Origin: Trichosphaerium sp. ATCC 40318
Lineage: Eukaryota; Protista; Tubulinea
Assembly: GCA_038496445.1 (NCBI GenBank)
Contig: JALMLS010000322.1
Span: 372,001-436,000, forward strand
DNA length: 64,000 nt
Direction of reading: 5' to 3'
Under the pieces are notes generated by a model. The model had not been told where the DNA came from and did not search any database. It worked only from the letters and a program-made list of their open reading frames with translations. This document shows positions 12,501 to 24,451 of the stretch, one piece after another (position 1 is the first letter of the stretch; each line of letters begins with the position of its first letter). The translations under genes and the position numbers were made by a program.

Positions 12501-14611
12501 GGTATAACAGTCCACAATAATTTACCTTGTGCTCTAATGGGTAAGCTTGCTGGTCTGAACAAAGATCTGAAAAAGTTGCTTAAAACTAAATCTAATTTTT
12601 TATCTTGTAGAATGCTCAAGTACAATCAAAACTTTAGCGTACTTTTTGGAAGAATCAAGCAAATTTACCTTTTTGAGTATGATGAATTATTTGTACGACA
12701 TAGCCGATGGTACGTAAATCCACAAATACCAAAAAACGCCTTCTAATATGAAAAACTACTTTCAATTAATATCACGTGATAGGATTATCACATTTACACA
12801 AACACGGTGTAATACATCGTAATTTAACAAGTTCAAGTAAGTAACTGTACACCCATATTATATTGGGTTAACACTTCCATTTCTTTATTTTGATCTGACT
12901 CGTTTTAGATATTCTCGTTTATGAAGATACTATGAAGCTTACAGGTACCTGACGTTTGTATTTAAAGGCCTCTGGGATCAATTGGGAATGATAGGATGCT
13001 AATCGCATGCTAGGTTATGGTATTTCGGCAGTATCACCACTTTGCAACTCAATTGAAGAAAAGCATCAGTACGTGAGACACTTTAATGCTACACTGCTAA
13101 AATATCACAGATCAGTCGCTTGGAAAGCTCCGGAAGTATTTAATGATCAGTATAGTACAAAGAGCGATGTACGTTCACTCTCACCTGATTCTTTATGTCG
13201 TAATATTTTTCTGAAGGTGTGGAGTTTTGGCATCGTTGCATGGGAAATTGTGACACAAGGTGAAGACCCAGGTCAAGGAAGTTCTATTAGAACATTATCT
13301 AAGAATATTAAAACCGTTGGTCGTACTCCAAAAATACCCTCTGGTTGTAGAAAGGAGATAGTAGACCTTCTTGAAAAATGCTGGTTTGTGGATTCCAAAA
13401 AACGTTCCGAAATAGAAGAAATTACATGTTACATAGAAGACTGTATTCAACAGGTACATTGACCTCACCATATATATTTCAAATAGAAAACATTTCTTCA
13501 GGAATTAAATGAAGCCAACCCAGTAATGGGTGCTTTGTTGTAAAGTATATTCAGTTAAAAGTTTGTTACTCATTCCTCGTAGGAAGAGTCAGAAAAATCA
13601 AGCCCTAGGCAATCTGACAATTGGGCTAGCAGAGGATCCATACTACTAGAATCAGGGAAATTTGATGAAGCTATACAAGCGTTTGATAAATCTCTTGCCA
13701 ACAAGAGAAAGTTACTACAAAGTTGGAATGGTAAAGGTGCTGCATTGTGGAAGTTAGGTAAACTTCAAAAAGCAGTAGATTGCTTTAACAAAGCAATAAA
13801 AGTAGACCCAACACAATCAAAATCGCTTTCATTAAAAGGCATAGTTCTATGCCAGTTAACACAACACAACAAAGCAATTACTTGCTTTGATAAGGCATTA
13901 AAACTTAACAAGAAAGAAGTTAAGGCATGGCTTGGTAAAGGTATTGCTTTACATGAGCTTAATAAGCATCTTGATGCAATAGATTGCTTTGATAATGCTA
14001 TAAGATTAAAGCCAAGTCATGGTAAAGCATGGAACTGTAAAGGCGTTGCTTTGACTAAGCTTGGAAGAACAGGAGATGCATTGCTTTGTTTTGATAAAGC
14101 TTTGAAGCTTAACCCTGAAGCAAAGGTTGCTCGACAATTTAAGAAACTATTAGAGAAGTCTCCGATAGAAGAGAAGTCAGAGGAGGTAAGAATCAACGAA
14201 GGAGGAGAATCACGGAAAAGCCAGTTTTCATTGGCGCTTCCGACACCTTCAAACAGAGCTGCGAGGTCTCCTCTTTCTCCTCGACAGATTTATGTACCTG
14301 GTTCTTCTTCTCAATATCATTCACCTCGGATGAACCAAACTTCTCCAAGGGTACCACCAGATGTACATACTAAGCATACACAACAAGTACCAAAGCAGAA
14401 AAAGTCAGCACGGAGGGCTGGTTCAATCAAAAATTTATTGAAGAAAAAAAGTGCTTCTTCGTCTTCTTCTGCTTCTCATACACCTGGATCTGCTGAGGTA
14501 AAAAGGAAGAATAGAAAGTATATACCATCACCTAAGAGTTCACCGAAGAGCAAGAGAAAGAGTAAGAGGCTAAGTAAGAAGAAGATACCACCTTTATATT
14601 TTGGGGAGTGA
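9575..14611 (+). CDS. Tandem (TKL-type pseudokinase + TPR repeats) x2 protein with a basic Ser/Pro-rich tail
   Basis: Two kinase folds (VAIK; WMAPE/WKAPE; SDVWSFGI), each followed by TPRs (AW..KG..L..LG…A..CFDKAL.L.P). The linking exon NLSSNLQELNLWWLIDPKEV is in frame. Confidence 0.8.
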
Positions 14612-14874
14612 TAATACATCAAAGTGTCTTTGTAAATAATTATTGTAATATCGTGTTATTTTTGCTGTACTATAAAATATCTCCCTCCTTTGATGCGTGT
14701 AGAATAATTTACAAAAGTCCACAGGGTGCTGCATTGCACTGTTCGCATTCGGAGGCTTTAAGAAGCAGCGTTTGCTCGCTGAGCAGACGATTTTCTCGCT
14801 TAATTGTATCGTTTTAAAAGAGGATATGCAATCGTGGAAATATTACAGTTGCAACAAACATAAGATGTCTACCA

Positions 14875-16284
14875 TCAAATATCACTGTAAGAAAGCAACT
14901 GAGTACTCAATTAAGAAGAGGTGAAACTTGTATTTATTTAGACCAACCAAATAGCAAATGAGGACTCATCATCAGATTGCTTCATAGTAATAACCTTCTC
15001 GTCGCCAGTAGAAGCATCATTGATATAAATATTGTGGAGATCTGGCCGAAATCTGCTAATAGCATATATAAGATCTGTTTTGTAGTCGTATGTGTAAACC
15101 ATTGCGATTGTGCCCTCTGAAACTTCTTTTGTACGATGACAAGAATCATTATCAAAATCATTCACTGAGATTCTTCCCAAGTAGTTATGGAATAGTGTTG
15201 GATCTTCTCCAACTAAGAAAAACGAATAGTAAGTAAAGTGTAAAAGATTATTTTTCTGGTTTTTTTCTTGTTTTTCTTCAAGAGCTACGTACTGATATGT
15301 GTAATCACACTAAAGATGATCTCTTCTGTCTCTGGTACATAATAAATACCACCCAAAATTGAGCTATCTTCTGTATCGAGCATACACTTATTTTTAGTAT
15401 CCTTAGCCAAAACCAGATCAGCTGCGTTAGGATCTGAGATGTCAATAGCGAGAAGTTGATAGTCTACTGACATATACAATAGGTTGTTCTTTGCATCAAC
15501 AGCAATGGTGTCAACAGGTTTACGGAAACTATCTGGGTCTACTGCGCGTAGATGGACTAAAAATGAAAGAAATCAGTAAAGCCACAAGCAGGAAGAGTTT
15601 CTTATCTTTACCTTCAAAATCTGCTTCTGAACTACCGTTGAGGGCAAAAGCCTTCAAAGAATACGTTTTATTTTCAAAAGAGAATACTAGTATGTGATTC
15701 TTGTACATTTCGTTGTCACAGTACACAAGACTGAACAAATCATTTAGTTCTTAGTTTGTTTTTTTATTAATATGCCGAGAAAAAAAAATGAACGTACTGA
15801 CTCACATCTCTATCCAATTTAATATCCAACGTCTTGCCATTCTCACGGTTAGCTGTGCTAAGAACACGATCGTTTGTAGCATAGACAAAAGTGTTTCCAA
15901 CTCTAACAGAAGCGCCACCAGGCATAATATCATCACTGCTGCTATCTCTACGAAGAAATGTGCTGTCCAACTCGCCTACAACGTTTTAGCGTACAATACT
16001 AAACTCAACTGCCTAAATGAATGCATAGCTCTTTAATGCGCCAGTTCTACCTGCTAAAACGACTTGTAGCCAAAAAAGGACTTGCAATCCGCTTTTAAGG
16101 AAATGGAGTTCTCGAAAGCTTCAAACGTATGTACAGTGGAGAGCGTACCAGTTTTTAGGTTTACTGTCGATATGGCTGTAAAGTCATAGTTGTTATAGCC
16201 ACTATAACCGGTATAGAGCTGCTTTTGGGCTAATGTACCCAATACAAGTACGAAAATACAGGAAACAATAGTTGTTGTGCGCAT
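14875..16284 (-). CDS. Secreted hypothetical protein, beta-rich (possibly propeller-like)
   Basis: Signal peptide MRTTTIVSCIFVLVLGTLA. Consecutive exon ORFs at 16054, 15767, 15529, 15285 and 14938 bounded by GT-AG. Confidence 0.6.
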
Positions 16285-17230
16285 TAGAGGAACAAGACAA
16301 GAATGACCATTTGTAGACTTATTGCCAAATTAGGACTTTTCTCCCTTAAATCTATCTCGTACAACGAATGTAAACTATGGCTTTAACACTACTATCTGCG
16401 ATTATATTGTTACGTACCTGAAAAGGATTCTAGCTTTTCTAAAAACTAAGTGATAGCAGAAATATGGGAATTCCAAAAAAGAAACTTCCTTGTTGTTTCA
16501 CATGTGTTATTACACGTTTTGTTTGCTGTGATACACAAATTTATGCTTAAATATGTGCTTGCTCCCTGTATATCTCGTTATTCTCGAAGATAAACGTATT
16601 ATCCCGTTTTTTCTCGGATATGTCCCGTTTTTTTGAGAAGTGATGTTTTAGTTCTTAAACCGGAAGAGGCTCACGACATATTTCTATTCGAACCATGTTT
16701 GTCAAGCAACAAGCATAGTGACAGAGTATTCGTGAAAAAATGACAATACGAAAAATACTAGTTCATTCTATTTGTTTTACTGATAATTACGGTGTTGTAC
16801 GTAACCACGTTTCTCTTTAATGAGTATCAGTTCCTCCAATCTTCCTCCTCTCGATAGAGGTACCTATTGGCATGCTCTCAACAACGAGAAAAACGTAATA
16901 CTGCAACACTTCTGTGTACTCTTTGATGAATCTGCCTTGTAGGAAATGATACTTTCCTTTGAAATCGTTTACGCATATCTTTGGTACTGATAGGGAGACT
17001 AGAACAATTTATTAAATAAGTTTGAAATAACAACAGAAAAAGAAGTTGTTCACTCACTTAAAAATTCTGGGTTTATTCCATCGTCTATGTTTCCTTTATC
17101 TATCTCCCAACAAGTACATCAATAGAAGCTATAGGAATAGTAGATTGTTTAAGAGTCTACAGGTAAATCTATTTTGAGGGCGAAAGAAAATTTGTACATA
17201 CTTTTACAATTGCATCAAACGGAGCACGAA

Positions 17231-18009
17231 TTAAAGGTCACCTTTAAACTGTACCCAAATATTGAGTATGAAAGTGTTTATTAATTTATGATTTTGAAAC
17301 AATGCACTACGCTTTGCTACACTACTACGTTGAACTGGCACACAAGCATTTGGATCAGGTGGTGGAAAGGCTACAACAGAACTAAAGTCTGAACCAATAG
17401 GCATATTTGGTAAACTCACCCTTGATAAACCTATTAGCAACGGAAAAAAAGATAGAAAAAAGTGTACACAATTGTGTTCGGATCATAAACATCAATGGAT
17501 ACAGTGCCATCATCTGGAGATACAAGGGTTGATCCTAACGGAATAACAGAGTTAATTGTAGTCAACTTCTTTTTATGTTTTAACACGTGATTATTGTACC
17601 TTCTACGACTGCTCTGTCAAAAGTACAAACTAATGTTGAAGCTGGAATATCAACATCAGTATCAATATCAATAGTAATGCCTGTAGAATCAATATCGATT
17701 AGAACTATTCTACTTTGCATTATAATAAAAAATGATGACCAAGAATACTCAGTATTTCGAGGAAAATCATCTATCGCGTCAGAATCAAATACAACGAAGT
17801 CTGGATATGTGGGGCCAGTAGCTAGGATGAGTTCCTCAAACAAATTTACACCTTCACTAAGGAGTACGCAATTACCGGTATCACCTTGTCCTGTAATCAT
17901 GTATTTAGGGGGATTTAACTCGTTTCATACTATAAACAAATACGTACTAACTTGAGGCTATTGGAAGTGCTGTCAAAATAACAAATAGAACTAGAAGTAC
18001 GAGGTGCAT
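17231..18009 (-). CDS. Secreted acidic protein, paralog of 59271-59986, possibly decaying
   Basis: Signal peptide MHLVLLVLFVIL. GDTGNC…GPTYPDF…CTFD…DPNACVPVQRS motifs and intron positions shared with the 59 kb copy. Confidence 0.6.
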
Positions 18010-19555
18010 TCTTTGTCTTGTTCTAATGAAATAATACGAGATTTGTTAAGCCAAAACAAAACCGCCTTTCTATGATGAAATGACATGTGTGCACTTTTCT
18101 GTTTATGATGAATGACATGTGCAGTACTACCAATTTGTGGTTATAAATGGAGTAATTTGCCAAAAATATGCGCCATTATTCGAAAATAAGCAGTCTAGCT
18201 ATTGAATCACTTCTTTGTGGCACAACAACAGAAAATCTTAAATTCGTTCAGTACTAATGCCCTTCCGAAAGGAATATAAGCAATATTCATATTCACTGTC
18301 CCGCTTGGCGTATTCATTAATATTCATTGACGAATATTCACTGGTGTATGGTGATTGAGCTTTTGATTTTGTAACGCTTAGGCAATGTCACTCCACGTGA
18401 TTTCCAGCAACAAACACTTAATTACTGTTTTTTCACTACTAGCAGTACTAGTTCTTTGCATTATTGTTCGCAATCAACGAAGATACGACCAGATGAAAAA
18501 AACGAGCGTAGAGAATCTCTATAATAAAAAATTACAAAACTTACAGACTGTGGATTGATGCTACAATAAATGATGAACATGCCATGTCTACTATTACCTT
18601 TTCTTTAACAAGACATCAACATAGTACAAATGGAGTGCTATTTAAGTATGAGCCTGTCAAGATACAACAAATGCAATCACGAGTTTAACTCATAAACATC
18701 TGTAACGCTCTCCCTGCTTGCGTATTGTACTCAAAACTAAGACATATTTTGGAGTAAAATGATGGCGGTATCAGTTTGTTTCTGAGTGGCCTGTGATGTT
18801 TATTTTTCAGTTCACTAATTTATATCCTGATGGAAGCTGTTTCTTTCATTCAAACATGTCACCAGCTGAGTAAATTTGAAAAGGAAACCCTGGACGTCCT
18901 GGTACAACACCTTGTTTCTATAGAATCATGATCAGCATCCGGTAGATATCCAACTAATTCATAGGGTGTGGTATCCAATGTGTTGAAGCCATCTAGTAGT
19001 AGACACAATCTATTAGTTTATTACCTTGATGAGGATTACCTTTTATGTCTTTGGGTTTTACACTCAAAATTTCACCGTTGGTGGTAAAACAAAAGATAGA
19101 ATCAGCTTAAAAACACATGTATAAGCAACACCAAACTTTAAAGAATCGTAGAGTTACTTACTTGCCTCATTTCGTTTAAATCCGTTAAAGGCATATTTCG
19201 TACCGCCTGTGAGTATACAGTCTGGTGTTGCATATTCGTTGCAGACAGCTAGAGATACTACAACGTGATGAGATTGATAAAATACACTACAGAACAACGA
19301 TCAAGAAGCCAGCTAGCTGCATTCACTTCTTTATTTGAACCGCTTGAATTTCAACAAAGATAACGTCTTTATTGGCTAGTAATACCCTGTCGCTTCGCTG
19401 TTTTTGGTACTACTTGTTACCCATTTCACAAACACGTACTTGACCCTTTTTAAGTGAGTACTTTCCTAAAGCAGAACGCGTTGACTTTTTTAGAATTCTA
19501 TATTATTTAAACCTCGACACGAAAAACAGCACCTTATCCTTAAAGAACTAAACTA

Positions 19556-19837
19556 ATGAGATTCTTAATACTATCTCTTGTATGTATAGCGTTCATTGCA
19601 TACGCTGATGGGTTTTTCTGGTCTACTAGCAACATTTGCGTAGACCAAAGCTGTCCCGATGGAAGCGAACCTTACTGGAAGGGTTGTTGGCATTGTAGAA
19701 AATACAGAACTTGCTGTGCGTGTTGGGAAAACGGTGGCCACAAAATCATTAAAAAGCCACACTGCCCAACATCACACGTTTCAAGTTTTAGTAGTCGTTG
19801 GAGTAATAGCAATCGCCGGAATTCTCGTTGGTCATAG
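19556..19837 (+). CDS. Small secreted cysteine-rich peptide (8 Cys in the mature part)
   Basis: Signal peptide MRFLILSLVCIAFIAYADG. Intronless, Trp/Arg-rich mature region. Confidence 0.7.
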   Translation: MRFLILSLVCIAFIAYADGFFWSTSNICVDQSCPDGSEPYWKGCWHCRKYRTCCACWENGGHKIIKKPHCPTSHVSSFSSRWSNSNRRNSRWS

Positions 19838-20485
19838 CGGGAAAATGTAAAGTAAATGTATTTCGTACTTATTAAATAGTTTATTGTTACGAGCTTGTTT
19901 GCAATTGAATGTTTTGTTATTCGTTCGTAAACTCAATACTGGAAATTCAAGGAGCTGTTATTTTTGCCATGGCTATAAGCCAGATATCCTTAATATCAGT
20001 TGCATGGGACTATGTTCGATGAGCATGTGGTGATTTACTGAACTTGATTTTTTGCAAAAACCTTCACTTAAATACGCTGTTACAGGCCTATCAGAGTTTG
20101 TTTGGAGCATTTTAAACAAGTACAAGAATGTCAATTGGAAGCTTGCTTACTATTAGTAAGCTCCAAGGGAGACCTCAGGTTGATAAAATACATTGTTTTA
20201 TTTACAAAAGAGAGTGTTGAACACCGAAAGTTAGGACGTATGCTGTCCCAATCATTTTAGTTAGGTGGTTTGTTTCTTTATGTTACTAGTTATTGCTGCA
20301 CTGAAACACTTGCACATGATATATTTGAGATGAATGAGCCAATATTCCAAGAGCAGCTTAAAGTACTGTGAATGTTTCTTCGCAAAAAAAAAGAAAAAAA
20401 ATTAGGTTGAAGTATCACGTGACATGCTTACATTCCCACGTGATAAATTATAATTGTTCAGGATGTACTATCATATTAGATCCAA

Positions 20486-21732
20486 TCAAAAGTGAATATT
20501 CTTCGCCCTGTTGGTACTCGCTTTCTTAAGACGCCGTTCTTCAGCTCTTGTTCCTGGATTTCCAACAACAGCAAGCCATTCTTCCATTGTCAAATACTCG
20601 CCAACTAACTCTGGGGGCATATCATCGTCTGTAGTTTCAATCATCTGTCTATACTCTATCCAATCAAGAGACATTTCAACAACGCCCACTTGAGTTATGA
20701 GCGTGCTTCCTTTATTGTCTGCCCAGCAAATGTGTTTCTTCTTTTTAGACGATTTTTTTTTCCTTTTCGGCGTTTTGCTACGTAGCACTGAAGTAGGCTG
20801 TTTTATAACCTCTACTTCTGGTACGTCACCGCAATCGCTGTTATTATCCGGTACATTCGTTGATAAGTCGTCACCAGAGAGACTTTGAGGTGTTATCGAC
20901 TCTTTGTTAGGAGAGCTTGGTTTTCCAATAACTTCAACAAATGGTTCTTCATCGCTTTCCTCACTGCTTCCTTCGCTTTCTTTGCTACTTACTTCTTCTT
21001 TTTCGGTAAAACGAGTTGGTGATCTTGGTTCTTCTTTAAAATCAAGTAATGTTGGCGTATCCAAAGTCTTTTCGGGCGACACTTTCGGCGACAACCTAAA
21101 GCAGAAGTCAACCGGAGGAAAACCAAAAAGAAAAGAAGAAAAGTGCGCCTGTACAGTTTGCAAAGTATAAAAATACGCGACAATATACCATAGTACAGTA
21201 ACCAGTTACAGGGTTTGTTGTCAGTACTCTTTCTTTCACAAAGCAGACGGAAGAACGGAGTAAAAAAATAAAAACAACAAAAGCTCAAGTCTCGATTAAC
21301 ACAAAAAATAAAAAACTTCTATGAGCGTTAACAACGCTTATTCGTACCTCTTTCGCGGAGAAGCTTGTATAGCACGCACTCTAGCACGTGTATGATGTAT
21401 TTTACGCACGTGAGGAGGTGATTCATATTCAGTGCATGTTTTCGTTTCTTCTTCTTCTTCATGATGTCCATACTCGTTATCAAGTATGTCATTGTTGTTT
21501 GTGCACTGTTTTCTGTAACTCAAATCATAACTTTCAAAACTTAAATTTTTTCCCGCTTTTGCTTCCTCTATTAATATTTGAAGCTCTCTACTAGCTGAAC
21601 GCCTTGGCCGTCTTCTGTTTCTTCTTCTACTCTATTAAACGGGTTAAAGAAAAACCAGGAAACGGTTGTGACCCGTTATGATTTTACTATTTTAAAAAGA
21701 GCCGTTAAACGTTGCAATGTGATGCTTACCAT
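20486..21732 (-). CDS. Disordered protein with an RVxF/W-type PP1-docking-like motif
   Basis: ATG|GTAAGC first exon at 21732, then MSRRRNRRRPRRS. The motif KKKKHICWADNKGSTL resembles the K-V-x-W/F-A-D..G..L motif of PP1 regulatory subunits. Confidence 0.55.
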
Positions 21733-21944
21733 GGTGTGAGTGGGTTTTGATACAATTTGAATGATGTTAGTAAGTTTTATGCTGACAAGTTACCAATGCC
21801 TGTTTTAGGTATGGTGGCCACTAAACAGAACTTCTTTGAGCGACGCAGTGCGTTGTTGATCCCCTATGATGATAAGCAATCAAGTTTCTGGTTTCACGTC
21901 AATTCTTTTCTATTACCTCAACTTTTGTAATAAAACGACTTACT

Positions 21945-22519
21945 ATGGCATCAAAGGATACAGTTTACACTTGGGAAGAGATTGCAAAACACAACAACTC
22001 AAAAGACACATGGATTGTTGTTGATGACAAGGTCTATGATATTACAAAGTTCTCCGAGGAGCATCCTGGTGGCGAAGAAGTGCTTTTGGACGTAGCTGGA
22101 GATGATGCTACTTCTGAGTACGTATACACTTTTTTTATTACCAAAAGCGCGTGTTATCATAGTGTACATGCGTAATACACTGTTTTAGCTCATATTTATA
22201 CGAATACATAGTTTTAATGACATTGGTCACTCAGACGAAGCCAAACAGATGCTTGCGGACCTTCAAATTGGTATACTAGACGTAAGGGAAATTATTGTTC
22301 CCGTTTTTTAACAAACTACGTCTAGACAACATCAGAGAAGCCAAAGGCAAAACCAAAACCATCTTACAGCTCCCCAAGCAGTGGCGGTGAATCTGGAAGT
22401 AAGTTTAAGAGCTATTATCCAAAATGACTCATTTCTTTTTAGCAAACCCAATGGTCTTCGTCCTTGTTATCGTACTTGCTATTGCAGCGTATTATTACTA
22501 CCAAAGCATGCAAATATAA
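21945..22519 (+). CDS. CYB5: Cytochrome b5, tail-anchored
   Basis: [10 protein letters not shown]…[29 protein letters not shown], next exon FNDIGHS, C-terminal TM helix. Confidence 0.95.
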
Positions 22520-23249
22520 AAAACGCAGCAAGTAAAAACCGAAATGACTCTACAACCTCTTATTCAAACGCAACATTACGCATGAATTGTATTAAATACA
22601 AAGATCTTCTTCAAGAGTACTTTAAACATTAATTTTTACGAATTTTCTTACAACGCTTAAAAGTGCTTCCTTTTAACCCTACAACAATCCTATTGCTTAG
22701 TATATAGGTACAACAATAAAGAAAAAAGTGTTGGTTTGTGATAAAGCTTGTTTTGGATCAATTTCGGCAAAAGGACTTGTAGATTGCGGGTAAAAGTTGA
22801 TCCGCAACAACCATTCTTTTTTTGGTGCTGAGTGTTTCCAAGATAGCCGATAGTTTAATTCGTAACATCGTAAACGTGGGTTTACCTAACTAAGAATTGG
22901 TACTAGAAGACTCCTTTGGTCTCTTACCAACTACAAATTCTACGTCCTTCCAATGCCAACCCTAGGATGCATTACCTTTACTACGTTATAGCTTCGTTAT
23001 AACTCATACCACAGTGACTCAATCAAACCTTTTCACGCCTATGAGATGTTGCAATGCCTTACATTAATCTTTTCCTGCATAATTGTAGCTCGCAGTCTAG
23101 TTAAATACTTTACCCAGTTCATGTTGATAGCGCATTAATAGAGTGTAAACTCTTAGTTGTCAGTTCTAAAATTAACTTGTTTTTTAAAAAGTCACGTGAC
23201 TTAAAACTACTGGCAGTATATTTTGTTTACACAGAAGAAAACCATATCA

Positions 23250-23985
23250 ATGGCAATGGAAGAATCTGAAGGCATCACAGAAGTTTATTTTGAATTGGAG
23301 GACGAATCGGTGCGTTTTTTTTGTCAAACGATATGTAAGGATTAAAAATAGGCGTATAGGAAATAAGTGATACTAATATAACGCCCGAAGGAAGTCATGA
23401 AAGTGTTGCTGACGAACCTCACTCAAACGGAGGACAATCACGCCAGGCACGTGCTTTCATACGACAGTACCTTAATTTTAACAGTCTGACCCTCCGTCAA
23501 AAAAGCAAAGATTGAATACAGTTATAAACGATTTAGTACGTACCATCATGTTAAATAGAAATCATTTCATCACTATAAACACGTGGTGAACAAAGAAATC
23601 TAGTTTTTGTTGTTTTTTTTGAGAAATTGTTTTTCACTAAGGTTTTTTCAATTGCTAGAATCTTGACTTGCTTCCTCGCTTGATGGAGGAGTTGAAACGA
23701 ACAGAGCATATTGAAGATATAAATAAGCAGCTAAGATTAGAAATAACAGAGCTTGATGCTACTATTAAAGATCAAGATGAGATGATTGCTAATAGGGATT
23801 CTATGATACATGCCAGAGATAAAGAGATTACTATACGAGATGAAATGATTGAAGCTCTTAGAAGACAACTTGCTGATAAAACAATTGAAAATGTAACTCT
23901 CACAGAGAATGTATCAAGATGTATGCAATGGGTTTCAGAGACGCATAAACGAAGCAAGGAGTTAATGTCAATGCTCAACCATTGA
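23250..23985 (+). CDS. Small coiled-coil protein with an NLS-like PPSKKQRL motif
   Basis: Four exons in frame, one joined by a GC-AG intron at 23447-23484. Heptad-like I..RD.MI repeats. Confidence 0.6.
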
Positions 23986-24451
23986 CACTAAACAATTTCT
24001 AAAAATGGTGTTTTGTTTTAATTTGGGCAGTGAGGTTCTGCCGGCACGCGTTTTTAAACATCACTCACACACGATAACTGTCATATTTTCATTGTTGAAT
24101 AAGAGTGTAGTATCACGTGATAGGATAACACAGTGAAGCCTTTTTTTACACGTAAACAATTATCATAATTTCAAGAACCATACAACCCTTTATATATGAC
24201 TCATACAAGGTGCCTTTTGATTTTATCAGTTTTTTTTTTTGTTTTCTTGAAATACACTGACAATTGACGTATTTTTACACACTCGCAACAGTCGCTCCGC
24301 TAAAAAGAAACAATGGGTAAATTGTTTAGCTGTGTAAACATTTTCTCAACATACTCAACTTCCCATCTCATATAGTCAATAAAACAACGCGTCATACAAC
24401 ACGGGCACAACCTACAAAGTTTAAATCACGTGATACGATAAGAAATACACC

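Noticed and set aside
18780-19322. Exon-like fragments of a possible secreted protein (similarly 16820-17120)
   Set aside because: Stops and frameshifts. I could not build a consistent model or recognise a family.
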